Part shown: in pieces, positions 41,066-52,915 of the stretch
How the letters are laid out: each line of letters opens with the position of its first letter
How positions within the stretch are numbered: position 1 is the first letter of the stretch
NCBI GenBank assembly: GCA_951406725.2
Contig: OX597823.1
Span: forward strand, 52,452,001-52,516,000
Direction of reading: 5' to 3'
DNA length: 64,000 bases
From: Octopus vulgaris
Lineage: Eukaryota
Translations under genes and position numbers: made by a program
The notes under the pieces: generated by a model
The model's input: only the letters and a program-made list of their open reading frames with translations
Database searches by the model: none
Told to the model about the DNA's origin: nothing

Positions 41066-41404
41066 TGACCCCCTTTGGTCAGACACTGACCATGGGTTTG
41101 CACCTAGAGAGTTACCCTCTGAGGTACAAGTCTGGGCAAGGTTGTTTATGGAAGACCAGCAGTCGCCCACTCATACCGGCCTGCCCCTCTCCACGTCACC
41201 GATGTTGTCCAAGGGAAAGGCAAGGGCCGATACAGCTTGGCACCTGTGACGTTGCAACTCATTTCAACAGCTGAGTGAACTGGAGCAACGTGAAATAAAG
41301 TGTCTTGCTCAAGAACACAATATGCAGCCCGGTCTGGGATTCGAGCTCACAACCTCACGATCGTAAGCTCGACGCTCTAACCACTGAGCCACACGTCTTC
41401 ACAC
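41066..41404 (-). mobile_element. tRNA-derived SINE family G
   Basis: Minus head TGGCTCAGTGGTTAGAGCGTCG...GAGCTCGAATCCCAG, then TTGAGCAAGACACT. Partial copy at ~28885-29030 (+). Confidence 0.85.
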
Positions 41405-41418
41405 AAAAGGTGGTGGTG

Positions 41419-41498
<80 letters not shown>

Positions 41499-41529
41499 TT
41501 ATCATCATTATTATTATTGTTGTTAAAGC

Positions 41530-41760
41530 ATGTTTCTTCTGTTGGGTATCTGACCTGTAGAGAACATGTTCTCGGGGTTGTTAATTTTATTGCATATTTA
41601 TTTATGAAGTATGTCTTGAGTTTGTGGATTGTTTTATTTGGAATGTACTACTGAATTGATGATGTCTTGTGGAGGATGTAGACTGTTCCTAGCAGGGCTA
41701 TTTTTTTAGACTGTGTATAGTTTTGAGGGTCCTGGTATAGCCTCTACATTTTCGTTTATA
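41530..41760 (-). mobile_element. R4/Dong-type LINE 3' end next to (ATT)n
   Basis: Minus frame ...IALLGTVYILHKTSSIQ*. A related fragment MWYLRMTVIPVIIRSLWTI lies at 42370-42470. Confidence 0.6.
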
Positions 41761-41839
41761 TTATTATTGTTGTTGTTGAGGTTGTTTGGGACCTTGTGCC
41801 TCCAGTAGAAAAGAAAGGATTGTTATTGTTGTTGTTGTT

Positions 41840-42330
41840 GTTGTCTTCTTCCAATCAGGACTCACGCCATCAGCCACAAAGAATAATCTCTAATTCGAGC
41901 CTATTCTAAGCTACTAAGAATGCGTGTGGCAACTTGAAGATCCACCCACCACATGCGATAGACTGGCGGTTGCACGGGCACGAAAGCTACATTGTTATCC
42001 TCATTCCAAAAACGGTGGCTTTTAACGGGTGGAGAGCTGAACCATCCTGGGGTACACAGTATTTGCAATCTAGACTAGGGTCTGAAAGTTTACCACACCA
42101 TAGTAGGTTAAACCAAGGTTCCTCTGCTTTGTGGCAGAAGTAGGAAGAATGAGTGAGAGAAAGTTGTGATGAAAGAGTACAGCGGGGTTCACCACCACCT
42201 GCCGCCAGAGTCTTGTGGAGCTTAGGTGCTTTTGCTCAATAATCACTCACAATGCTCGGTCTGGGAATCGAAACGACATTCTTACGACCACGAGTTCGCT
42301 GCCCTAACGACTGGGCCATTGCACCTCCAC
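41840..42330 (-). mobile_element. tRNA-derived SINE family F with (CAA)n tail
   Basis: Minus head GGAGGTGCAATGGCCCAGTCGTTAGGGCAGCG...GTTTCGATTCCCAG. Partial copy at 31530-31710. Confidence 0.8.
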
Positions 42331-42582
42331 TGCTGTCGTTGTTGCTGTTGTTGTTGCTGCTGCTGTTGTATTTAAGAATGCCATTTGTTATTGTCCACAA
42401 AGATCTGATTATTACAGGTATAACTGTCATCCTTAGATACCACATTTTTGAAACCTGTATTCTAAAGTACTTCTTAAGGTTAATCTCTACAGATTATCTA
42501 TAGAAATTATAGCCAGCGCTAATTTGTTATGATGTTTCGTATCCGAATATGTCCAATGTAAACAATGCAATCAAAGATGGAG

Positions 42583-42948
42583 AACCACATGGTTCAGGGT
42601 TCAGTCCCACTCCGTGGCACCTTGGGCAAGTGTCTTCTACTATAGCCTCAGGCCGACCAAAGCCTTGTGAGTGGATTTGGTAGATGGAAACTGAAAGAAG
42701 CCTGTTGCATATATGTATATATATATGTTAGTGTGTGCATATGTTTGTGTGTCTGTGTTTGTCTCCCCAACATTGCTTGACAACTGATGCTGGTGTGTTT
42801 ACGTCCCTGTAACTTAGCTGTTTGGCAAAAGAGACCGATAGAATAAGTACTAGGCTTACAAAGAATAAGTCTTAGGGTCGATTTGGTTGACTAAAGGCGG
42901 TACCCCAGCATGGCTGCAGACAAATGACTGAAACGAGTGAAAGAGTAA
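42583..42948 (+). mobile_element. SINE family A (5'-truncated head)
   Basis: Near-consensus body and tail. Confidence 0.9.
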
Positions 42949-43436
42949 ATAGTTGATGGGTATATATGCCATATTTCAGGAATTCTTGTACCTTCTTCCT
43001 TGGGTAAGTGTCTTTATTCTATAGCCTCAGGCTTACCAAAGCTTTGTGGGTGGATTTGGTAGATAGAAACTGAAAGAAGCTTGTCATATATGTGTGTGTG
43101 TGTGTGTGTGTCTTTGCTTCTGTATTTGACCCCCTCATCACCACCTTCTTCCTTCAACACCACATCCAACCCATTAGCCATCCATGAACTCATTGCAAAT
43201 ACATACATATTGATAGCTATTTTAAGGACCTTAGTATAATTTCCTGGTGTGTAGTTGAGAAGAGGTGAAACATGTATATGCAAGGCTGTTTGTTCAGAAT
43301 AGGTAGGAATCAAAACTGGTCTGGCTCTACATCAATTATGATGACAATAGTTCCAGCTGATCTGATGACTGGAACAGCTTGCTCGTGAAATTAACATGCA
43401 AGTGGCTGAGCACTTCCCAGACATGCATACCCTTAA

Positions 43437-43657
43437 CCCTTTAGCATTCAAACTGGCCATATCCGGCCCAAATATTCTACTTGTTTTATGCCCAAATTTG
43501 CCAGATACAACCTTTTATACCTATCCCACAATGTGATTCTGAAAAATAAACAATCACATTATTGAAATCTTGAAGCAATGCGATAATGCATGGTTGATTC
43601 AAAACGATGTGAATAAATAAGCATTACATTTGACAAAATAATCTGAACTCTAAAGGG
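43437..43657. mobile_element. piggyBac-type MITE with TTAA target-site duplication, nested in a minus-strand SINE C (43335-43860)
   Basis: TTAA|CCCTTTAGCATTCA...TGAACTCTAAAGGG|TTAA. Removing it restores the host GCATACCC-TTAA-TGTAGTTCTC. Another copy at ~51401-52025 is split by SINE A (51522-51905). Confidence 0.88.
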
Positions 43658-44347
43658 TTAATGTAGTTCTCAGAGAGATTCATTGTGACACAGAATGTGA
43701 CAAGGTGAGCCCTTTGAACTGTATGTACAATTCCGTCTTTGTCAGTGTCAGCTGAGCGGAGTGGAACAACGAGAAATAAAAGTGCCTTGCTCAAGGACAT
43801 AATGCATGTCTGAGAATTGAACCCAGAGCTGAAAAACCTGTCATTAAGCCATGAATAACACATTAAATTTGTTAAACTGCTTTTTGTTCTAGTTTAATTT
43901 TTATTTTTAGTCTGAGGAATTTTTGTGGAGGTGATCAACAAATGTAGCTTGTTACAGTATAAAAGGGTGTTATTTTCAATGATTCATTGAAGTTAGCATT
44001 GTTTTAACCCATGCACTGTAACAATAAACCTTGATATAATGTAAAACTGTTGATAGTTTCATTATTTCTGTCAGATGTAATGACAACGGCCGAAGAGTGT
44101 TTAGTCATCTTTTCATGAGGGTTACTATATCCTTTATGTGTTGCATGCAATGCCTAAAATTTTAGTATGTGCAATGCTGTGACATTATGGAGTGTGATAA
44201 AGAACAGAATTATTCAGTGATGGATTTAGCAAGCAGAGCTTTTAATCTGTTCGTATGCTACCAGGATTTCTAGTTTGTCAGAATGAAGGTAAATCCATAA
44301 CTGGTATGATATAAGACATTGTGATTTTAATGATGTGAATGCAAATT

Positions 44348-44419
<72 letters not shown>

Positions 44420-44451
44420 TACATAGTTAGATATACACATACATATATATA

Positions 44452-44697
44452 TCATCATCATCATCATCATCATCGTTTAACGTCCGTTTTCCGCGCTAGC
44501 ACGGGTTGGACGGTTTCGACCGGGGTCTGGGGAGCTCGGGACTGCCCCAGGCTCCAGTCTAGTCTGGCAGTGTTTCTACAGCTGGATGCCCTTCCTAACG
44601 CCAACCACTCCGCGAGTGTAGTGGGTGTTTTTTACGTGCCACCTGCACAGGTGCCAGAGGGGTCTGGCATCGGCCACGTTCGGATGGTGCTTTTTTT
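44452..44697 (-). mobile_element. Family D element, young
   Basis: (CAT)n-CGTTTAACGTCCG...GGATGCCCTTCCTAACGCCAACC. Confidence 0.85.
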
Positions 44698-44699
44698 AT

Positions 44700-45201
44700 G
44701 GGAGGGGTGCAGAAATATAGGGGAGCACCAGTGGGAGGGGTGGTTCAGAGGACAGGTTCTAGGCAAGTAGAACGTAGGATATCGAGAGAGGAGTAATGCA
44801 TGGTGAAATAGCGTATTGAAGAGGGGGTTCAAAGAGTAGACACCTATAATGGTGGTGGGGGGGTGCAGAAATATAGGGGAGCACCAGTGGGAGGGGTGGT
44901 TCAGAGGACAGGTTCTAGGCAAGTAGAATGTAGGATATCGAGAGAGGGGTAATGCATGGTGAAATAGCGTATTGAAGAGGGGGGTTCAAAGAGTAGACAC
45001 CTATAATGGTGGTGGGGGGTGCAGAAATATAGGGGAGCACCAGTGGGAGGGGTGGTTCAGAGGACAGGTTCTAGGCAAGTAGAACGTAGGATATCGAGAG
45101 AGGGGTAATGCATGGTGAAATAGCGTATTGAAGAGGGGGTTCAAAGAGTAGACACCTATAATGGTGGTGGGGGGGCAGAAATATAGGGGAGCACCAGTGG
45201 G
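44700..45201. repeat. ~156-bp G/A-rich tandem repeat, 3.2 near-identical copies
   Basis: AGAAATATAGGGGAGCACCAG starts at 44711, 44867, 45023 and 45177. Confidence 0.95.
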
Positions 45202-45560
45202 ATACATACATATATCTATGTATATATATAGATATATATGTAAGTATAGGGTTATGTGTGTGTGTGTGTAGAAAAGCTATGTTAGGAAGAAGGCTTAGCA
45301 GGTCTTTAAGTACCTTGTTAAATGTAAGTTATATGAAAATATGAAAAAGCTTTGTCTTGTATCTTTTCCTTCCTCTCCAGATTTTAATTTTCTAGTTTTC
45401 CATTCTAGTTACAAAAATCTATGAGACAACACATCAGTTTTCTATTTTTTTTAATTAATGCATAACATTTAGCTAAAAATATCAAATATGTGAGTAGTTA
45501 TACACATACCACTTCATTATCTTCATAAGCTTCTGATTCACTAGCAGACCACCCCATGTT

Positions 45561-45595
<35 letters not shown>

Positions 45596-45999
45596 AAGGT
45601 GTGGCTATGTGGTACGAAGCATGCTTCCCAACCACATGGTTTTGGGTTCAGTCCCATTGCATGGCACCTTGGGCAGGTGTCTTTCTATTTTCTTTTCTTT
45701 TACTTTTTTCAGTCATTAGACTGCAGCCATGCTGGAACACCATCTTGTACAATCTTTTAGCCGAATGTTCTTGTTTCTGTGATAATTGTATTGGGTTGCT
45801 TATTTTGATATACTGATATGTGCATAGAACTCTCAAAGGAAGTTTTGTGCAACCTCAGGGAAATCATGAGATGAGCGATGAACAAGCTGGTGCCCATAAA
45901 AGGGGCAATACTGCTATGCATGGGGGAGGCTAGGAACTGTAGAAGGTGGCCCTTGTGTTTCTTAAGAGTGAAACACAACATATGGTGTCAAGGATGAGA

Positions 46000-46330
46000 T
46001 GTATAAGACATTTAAACTTGAACAACTTGGGAGAAGCTAGTACCTGGCCAATACAGTTTGAAGCAAAACTTGAATGCGACGATGTTGAAGATGTCAAAAA
46101 GAAGCTAACATTTCTTTCTACCTGTGAAGTTGAAGCCATAATGAAGTTGAAAGTTGTTCTTTGCACAGTAAGTCTTCAGATCACAAAATACTAACAAATA
46201 AGGAATGCGTTGCAACAACTAATAAAGCCGAAGGAGAGGCTGATAATTGCAGACAGGTTTAAATTATTGGAACTAGAGCGACTAAAAGATGAATCAATCA
46301 ATGACTTTCTTCTTAGGATTAATTCTCAAG
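46000..46330 (+). pseudogene. Ty3/Gypsy-like gag N-terminal relic
   Basis: WPIQFEAKLECDDV...FLSTCEVEA...Y*QIRNALQQLIKPKERLIIADRFKLLELERLKDESINDFLLRI, one frame with an internal stop. Confidence 0.6.
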
Positions 46331-46670
46331 CTTACTTCTGTTCAAACAGGGTCACGTTTTACAGTGAAAAACAGCTTCACATTTGCTTTGGAAAACCTAA
46401 TATATGTATTAACTTGCTCAGGGTGTCAAGAACAATACATAGGCCAAACTAAAAACAGTCTATGGCAAAAGACGACCTTACATAGATCCCAGATTAAAAT
46501 TCAAGGATACAGAAAAATAGCATTCAGTGAACACATCGACATTTGTGCCACTAACGAACAACCCAACTTCAGAATTTTTCCACTCTGTAAATTCAGGGAC
46601 GATGCAGCCTATAATCGATGCATTAGCAAAGTCATATTTTATCACAAAATATAAACTGGCCCTTATGAGC
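46331..46670 (+). pseudogene. Penelope-like element GIY-YIG endonuclease relic
   Basis: FTVKNSFTFALENLIYVLTCSGCQEQYIGQT...HRSQI...SEHID shows the NLIY-CxxC-YIGQT plus two His pattern typical of Penelope-like elements. Confidence 0.88.
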
Positions 46671-47071
46671 CAGGCATGGCTCGAGAAGGAACAAACATAA
46701 GTTTCTAACTGACCCATACCTTGCAAGTAAGATTAGTTAATGGAAACTGTACGGAAGCATGTTGTATATTCAATGATGTGTATGCATGCTTGCATACATG
46801 TGAGTACGTGTGTGTATGTGTGTTTATTTCCATGTATCTTTGCCTCTGATGCCAATTCTGTAATAATGAAATTACTTTTATATATTCTGTAAACAATTTA
46901 TCCTGTAGTTTGGCTGTTTCAGCAATTTTAATGCATGAAGACTTGTAGAATCATAATACCTTATTTCAAAAACAGATAACCGTTTAATGACAAGAAGAGC
47001 TTCTGGCCATGGAATTTTGTCTCAATAAGTCTCTTCTAACCTGTGCCAGAGAAGTAAAAGCAGAAATAAAA

Positions 47072-47478
47072 ATGATGACGACGACAATGATGAAGATGAT
47101 GATGACAACGACGACGACGATGATGATGATGATGATACAATGATGAGACAATAATGATATCAACGGCAACGACGACAATGAGGATGAGGATGATGATGAT
47201 GATGATGATGATGAAGGTGACGATGATGATGACAATGATGATGACAATGATGATGACAATGTTGATGATGATGATGATGACAATGATGATGATGATGATG
47301 ACGATGAAGGTGATGATGATGATGAAGGTGACGATGATGATGACGACAATGATGATGAAGGAGATGATGGTGATGATGAAGGTGACGATGAAGATAACGA
47401 TGACGATGACAATGACAATGATGATGACAACAACGATGACAATAATGACAATGATGATGATGATGACGATGATGATAA
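47072..47478. repeat. Cryptic (GAT/GAC/AAT)n trinucleotide repeat
   Basis: Read directly; gives the poly-H, poly-S and poly-M ORFs. Confidence 0.95.
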
Positions 47479-48623
47479 CCATTCACCTAGTAGACTAGCT
47501 CCCTGTTAACTCAGCCAGCAACGAAACCGCTCATATGATAACTTTGCTATTTAAACTTCTCTCTGTGAAAATTTTTCATTTGAATTGGATCTAACATGAT
47601 TTCACTCTTGGCAAGAATAAAATGTTTAATTTAAGAATTATAGTGAATCTCTTTCTCTACTCTTTTGAAACACATAAATGGATCAAATAATTCACTTCTC
47701 TTATATCACATTCACTTTTGTATGCAATCCATGATGTAATATTCAGTTTTGTTACTGGTCTATTTATCCTTGCTTTGCAATTTTGATTAAAATTGAATAT
47801 TGTGTGCACTTATCAAGTTGAATATAGTTTGTATCAGTTATATTCCAGATGTCACATTTCTAAAGAATTTAGCATGTTTCTTTGGCTGAATCTACTTCTT
47901 TGAATATCATAATATTTCCAAACTTAAATGAATTCTTCTTCAACAACTCTTCATCTTGTTCTTTTTAAAGAAATTATTCCAATGGTATCTTCTTATATTG
48001 CATTTACCATATTCTACAATGACATGTCAAAAGCAGGAAATATTGCCAGCATCAGTTTTCATTCTCTTTTTCCTTTTCTTCTCGTTACCATGTGATGTTG
48101 TATATTTTCTGGATGCAGTATGGCCTAGTGGTTAAGAAGTTCATTTTGCACTCAAGAGATTCTGGATTCGATTCCACTATGGGACATGTTAGGTAAGTGT
48201 GTTTTACCGTAAGCTCTGGTTGAGTCAAATTTTGCAAATGAGACTAGCTTGTATCTGTTATTTAAACATTTGCCTCTCCTGTGTATCACATGTGGCATAC
48301 AGAATATATTTTCCTGGCATCCATGTACTCTCCTCACTTCTACTCCCTCCTCCTGGCTGAGGGGATTTTTGTCCTGCAAGTTACTTGATAACCCTGTTGG
48401 GACTGGTACCATATAAAAAGCACTGGTGCTGGTGTCCTATTCAAAGTACTGGTGTTGGTGCCATGTAAAGAGCACTGGTGATGGTGTCACATACAAAACA
48501 CTGGTGATGCTACCATGTAAAAACACACGTTAAGGGATAGGGATGTAAACAAACCAACACCAATCATCAAGTAGTGGTGAGGGACAAACATGCACAAAGA
48601 CACATACACATAGTCACTGTTGT

Positions 48624-48662
48624 AGCAGAGTGGCGCTGGGGAAGCATGCTGGGTCCATAACC
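48624..48662 (+). pseudogene. 5' half (39 nt) of initiator tRNA-Met, fused to a retroposon 3' tail
   Basis: AGCAGAGTGGCGCTGGGGAAGCATGCTGGGTCCATAACC matches 35/39 nt of the conserved metazoan tRNA-iMet 5' end (from memory), including the CAT anticodon. No T arm. Confidence 0.8.
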
Positions 48663-48732
48663 AAACAGCGGTACATCAGCATGGCCGCAGCTCTGAGCTG
48701 AAACAAGAAAAACGAAAAATATATATATGTTA

Positions 48733-48785
<53 letters not shown>

Positions 48786-49505
48786 CTGCCAGATCAAGAT
48801 TGAAGCCTGGTGCAGCCATCTGGCTCGCCAGCCCTCAGTCAAATTGTCCAACCCATGCTAGCATGGAAAGCGGATGTTAAATGATGATGATATATGACAG
48901 GCTTTTCTTCAGTTTCCATCTACCAAATCTACTCACAAAGCCTTGGTTGGTCTAGGGCTATAGTAGGAGACACTTGCTCAAGGTGCCATGCAGTGGGCCT
49001 GAACTTGAAACCAAGCGGCTGGGAAACAAGCTTCTTACTACACACACAGCCATACCTGCACATAAGATGTTAAGCTTATTCATGTCTTAAAGTAAACTTG
49101 TTGTCATGACGACTGTGGTTGCTTTCAGCAAGGTTATCAATAGACGAATTGTCATATTGGTCATTAGAGATGGCAATGACTTTCCTGGTGGAAAGCAGTA
49201 ACTGTTAAGTTTCTTTTGTCATTTAAATTCTTTAACATTAAATTTGATCCACCATCTTTCTTAAATTTTCATCATTCTTGTTGTTGTTTATTTCCAAATC
49301 TTTCTTATTTGAGCAAAATGATGATGAAAGAAATTCAAGCCTTTTTTATGTGTACAGGCATTGCAAACCCTTTACAACATTATTGAATATGCCATGTTTT
49401 TTAATGATGCTATGATATAATTTGAAAGAGATTCAGCTGCTTTAGAAAACCACATTAAGCCGCCCTTGCTAGTTATAGTTTTCTTGTTAATATCAGCCGA
49501 GAGAA

Positions 49506-49947
49506 AGGCAGTGCACTAGCTGAATCATTAGCACACTGGGAAAATAGATCTTAGCATTTCGTTTGTCTTCATGTTCTGAGTTCAAATTCCATCAAGGCCA
49601 ATTCTTTCATTCTTGCTGGGATAATGAAATAAGTACTAGTCAAGCACTGGAGTTAAGGCAATCGATTTATTACCTTCACCGAAATTGCTGGCCTTGTGCC
49701 AAAATTTGAAACCAATATCAATTAAGCGTAAGGTGGTGAGCTGGCAGAATCATTAGCACACTGTGCAAGATGCTTAGTGGCATATTGTTTGCCTTTATGT
49801 TCTGAGTTCAAATTCTTTTGAGGCCAACTTTGTCTTTCGTCCTTGCAGGGTGATAAAAAAAAGTACCAGTCAAGCACTGAGGTCAACGTAATCGACTTTG
49901 CCCTTCACCTGAAATTGCTGGCCTTGTGCCAAAATTTGAAACCAATG
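49506..49947 (+). mobile_element. Two tandem SINE B copies
   Basis: 49506-49715 and 49730-49947 both end GAAATTGCTGGCCTTGTGCCAAAATTTGAAACCAAT. Confidence 0.85.
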
Positions 49948-50293
49948 CTTCTAGGATATAATTCAAAAGTAATTCAGCTGCTATTTTCAGCAGGTTTTGT
50001 AACCACATTAACTATCCCATGCTGGTTCTAGTTTTGTTGTTAATATCAGTTGAGAGTAGGTATCAAAAAGTTTCATTCTCTCAAAGACTCATATCAAGTT
50101 TCCATTAATTTTTGTTGGAAGAAAGAACTAATCCAGTAATGGCTTCTAATACCATTCATATTGATTTCTAACACAAGCTACTGGGAATCAACTAATACAA
50201 TAATGCATATTATTTCTGCATTATCTTATGTCGATGGTATATGTTTGAAGTTGAACATATTTTCTATAATAATGAAAACAGGTACATATTGTA

Positions 50294-50622
50294 CAGTTCT
50301 ATATAACCACTACACCATATGCTCACAGGCATATGGTGTAGTGGTTAAGAGTGCGGGCTACTAACCTCAAGATTCCGAGTTCGATTCCAAGCAGTGACCT
50401 AAACAATAACAATAATAACAATAATAATAATAATAATAATGATAATAATAATAATAACAATAATAATGACATCGAAAAATACCTTAGGAATGAGAACCCA
50501 GGTTCAAAATTTCCCCAAGACACCTGAAGAAGACTAGAGGGTATATCAGCTGAAATGTGTTAACAGCAAACGAGATGAGGACAAATATCCGTCGAATGTA
50601 AATAATGTAAATAATGTAAATA
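50294..50622 (+). mobile_element. Family H hammerhead SINE with a 14-bp flanking direct repeat and a 5' inverted segment; ribozyme degenerate
   Basis: Head GGCATATGGTGTAGTGGTTAAG...GAGTTCGATTCC, (AAT)n, GACAC-CTGAAGA...GAAA-TGTGTT (CGT missing) at 50519-50561, (ATGTAAATA)3. AGGTACATATTGTA at 50280-50293 and 50623-50636. Confidence 0.85.
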
Positions 50623-50699
50623 AGGTACATATTGTATCTCTAAGTTTTATGATTTTATAGAATTAAAGTGTTGTGTTGCCTTGCAAAGAATGTGGTGAT

Positions 50700-51150
50700 C
50701 ATGCTGGTGTTGGTGCCAGGCAAAAAGCACTGGTGATGGTGCAATGCAAAAAGCACTGGTTATGGTGCTACATAAAAAGTACTGATGCTGGTTCCACATA
50801 AAATGTACTGGAGATGGTGCAACATCAAAAGCACTAGTGATAGAGTCATGTAAAAAGCAGTGGTGATGATGCCATGTAAAATGTACTGATGATGGTACCA
50901 TGTAAAAAGCACTGGTGATGGTGCCACATAACACAAACACTGGTGATGATTCCACATAAAACGGACAAGTGATAGTATCATGTTAAAAGTTCCCAATATA
51001 CCTTGTAAAGTGGTTGACAGTTGTAGAAACCATGCCAAAATAGACTATGGAATCTGGTGCAGCATTTGGCCATGCCAGCTCCTGTCAAACCATCCAACAC
51101 ATCCCAGGATAGAAAACTGATGTTAAATGATGATGATGATGATGATGATG
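50700..51150 (+). mobile_element. Family D relative with a ~25-bp minisatellite (AAAAGCACTGGTGATGGTGCCATGT, ~11 units)
   Basis: Degenerate tandem units at 50700-50990, then the family D 3' end and (GAT)n. A similar array lies at 48400-48525. Confidence 0.75.
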
Positions 51151-52277
51151 ACAAAGATTTCATGAAAGAGATATTTCTATCTGGTGGTTCTCAAACAATG
51201 CCTGGTGACCCTCTGGAGTTTTGCAAGGGGCATGCAAGTGTGGAATGGATTTCAAACTATGTATTTTAAAAAAATAATTAAATCCATATTATTATTTAAT
51301 TACCTTGTAAAACGTTACTCATAATTTTTTCTAACCAAAAGTATGATTAATAAGTTAAGGTAAGCAACAGTTTTCTATATTTTTTCTGAATTTTCAACTT
51401 CAATCCTCTAGCATTTAAAGCAGTCATATCCAGGCCAAATATTTCACTTCTGTTATACTCAAACTGGCCAGATCTTGCCTTTCATACATACTCCACAATG
51501 TCATTTTAAAAATATAAAATCAGGCACTCGTATGGCTGTGTGGTAAGAAGTTTGCTTCCCAACCAAATGATTTTGAGTGAGTTCAGTCCTACTGTGTTGC
51601 ACCTTGGGCAAATATCTTCCACTATAGCCTTGGGCTGACCAAAGTCTTGTTAGTGGATTTGGTTGACAGAAAGTGAAAAAAGCCCTTGTGTGTCCTTGTG
51701 ATTGTGTTTGATCCCCACCACTACTTGATAACCAGTGTTGGTAAGTTTACGTCCCTGTAACTTAGTGGTTCAGCAGTAGAAACTGATAGAATAAGTACCA
51801 GACTTTATTAAAAAAAAAAATTAAGTACAGATGTCGATTCGTTTGACCAAAATTCTTCATGGTGGTGACCCAGGATGGCCACAGTCTTATGACAGAAACA
51901 AGAACTTTATAAAAGCTAAAATCATATCATCAAAATCTCAAAGCTATGATATAACACCTGATTAATTCAAAACATTGTAAATAAATAAGCATAACACTTG
52001 ACAGAGTAATTTGAACGCCAAAGGGTTAAACTGGTTTTCCTTTAATCTTCCATGCAAAGTGCATTAGTAATTTGATCTCCAATGTTCTAGGATGTCAAAA
52101 CATTTCCGAACACATTTTCTGGCCTTTTTACAATTTTGTTAGCATTTGTCTAATCAAATACACTGTACATGTTTTTCAGTTAATTTGCTTTTTTTATAAA
52201 CAAGCAATTGAAGGTGCTTAATAATACTAATAACTTCTTCATCATTATTATTATTATTATTATCATTATTAGTAGTA

Positions 52278-52915
52278 TAAGGTGGCAAGTTCGCTGAACT
52301 GTTAGCACACCAGGCAACATGTAGCATTTCATCTGTCTTTACGCTTTGAGTTCAAATTCCACCAAGGTCACCTTTGCCTTTTGTACTTTCATAGTCGATA
52401 AAATAAATACCAGTTGAGCACTGGGGTCGATTTCATTGACTTAAACTCTCCCCGAAATTGCTGGCCTTGTGCTAGAATTTCAAACGATTATCATTATTAT
52501 TATAAGGTGGTGAGCAGGCAGAATCATTAGCATGCTGGATGAAATGCTTTGCAGTATTTCGCCCTTTGATGCATTCTGAGTTCAAATTTCACCAAGATCG
52601 ATTTTGCCTTTCATCCTTTTGGGGTTGATAAATTAAGTGTCAGTGAGACACTGAGGTCAATGTAATCAATTAGTCCCCTCCCCACAGATTTCAGGTTTTA
52701 TATCTTTAGTAGAAAGGGTTGTTATTATTATTATTATTAAGTGGCAAGTTGACTGAATTGTTAGTATAATGGATAAAATGCTTAGCAGTATTTCATCTAT
52801 CTTTATGTTCTGGGTTCAAATTTCTCCAAGGTCATCTTTGCCTTTTATCCTTTTGATGGGGTCAATAAAATAAGTACCAGGTTGTAATCGACTTTCCCAC
52901 TTCACTGAAATTACT
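52278..52915 (+). mobile_element. Three tandem SINE B copies separated by (ATT)n
   Basis: Copies start at ~52278, 52504 and 52739. Confidence 0.85.

Noticed and set aside
41100-41185. Minus-strand GGCCGGTATG resembling the start of the HDV ribozyme
   Set aside because: No complementary P1 strand or nested pseudoknot could be built by eye.
46984-47498. Poly-His, poly-Ser and poly-Met ORFs (also poly-E, poly-I and poly-N at 26.0-27.2 kb)
   Set aside because: Trinucleotide repeats open in several frames; no domain or splice support.
50329-50395. Functional tRNA genes at SINE heads (also 41330-41404, 42260-42330 and 48624)
   Set aside because: A and B boxes are present, but there is no closed acceptor stem or full cloverleaf, and they run into repeat bodies.
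50700-50990. Short regularly spaced repeats resembling a CRISPR array (also 21265-21575 and 44700-45201)
   Set aside because: Contiguous tandem units without unique spacers, eukaryotic context, no cas genes.
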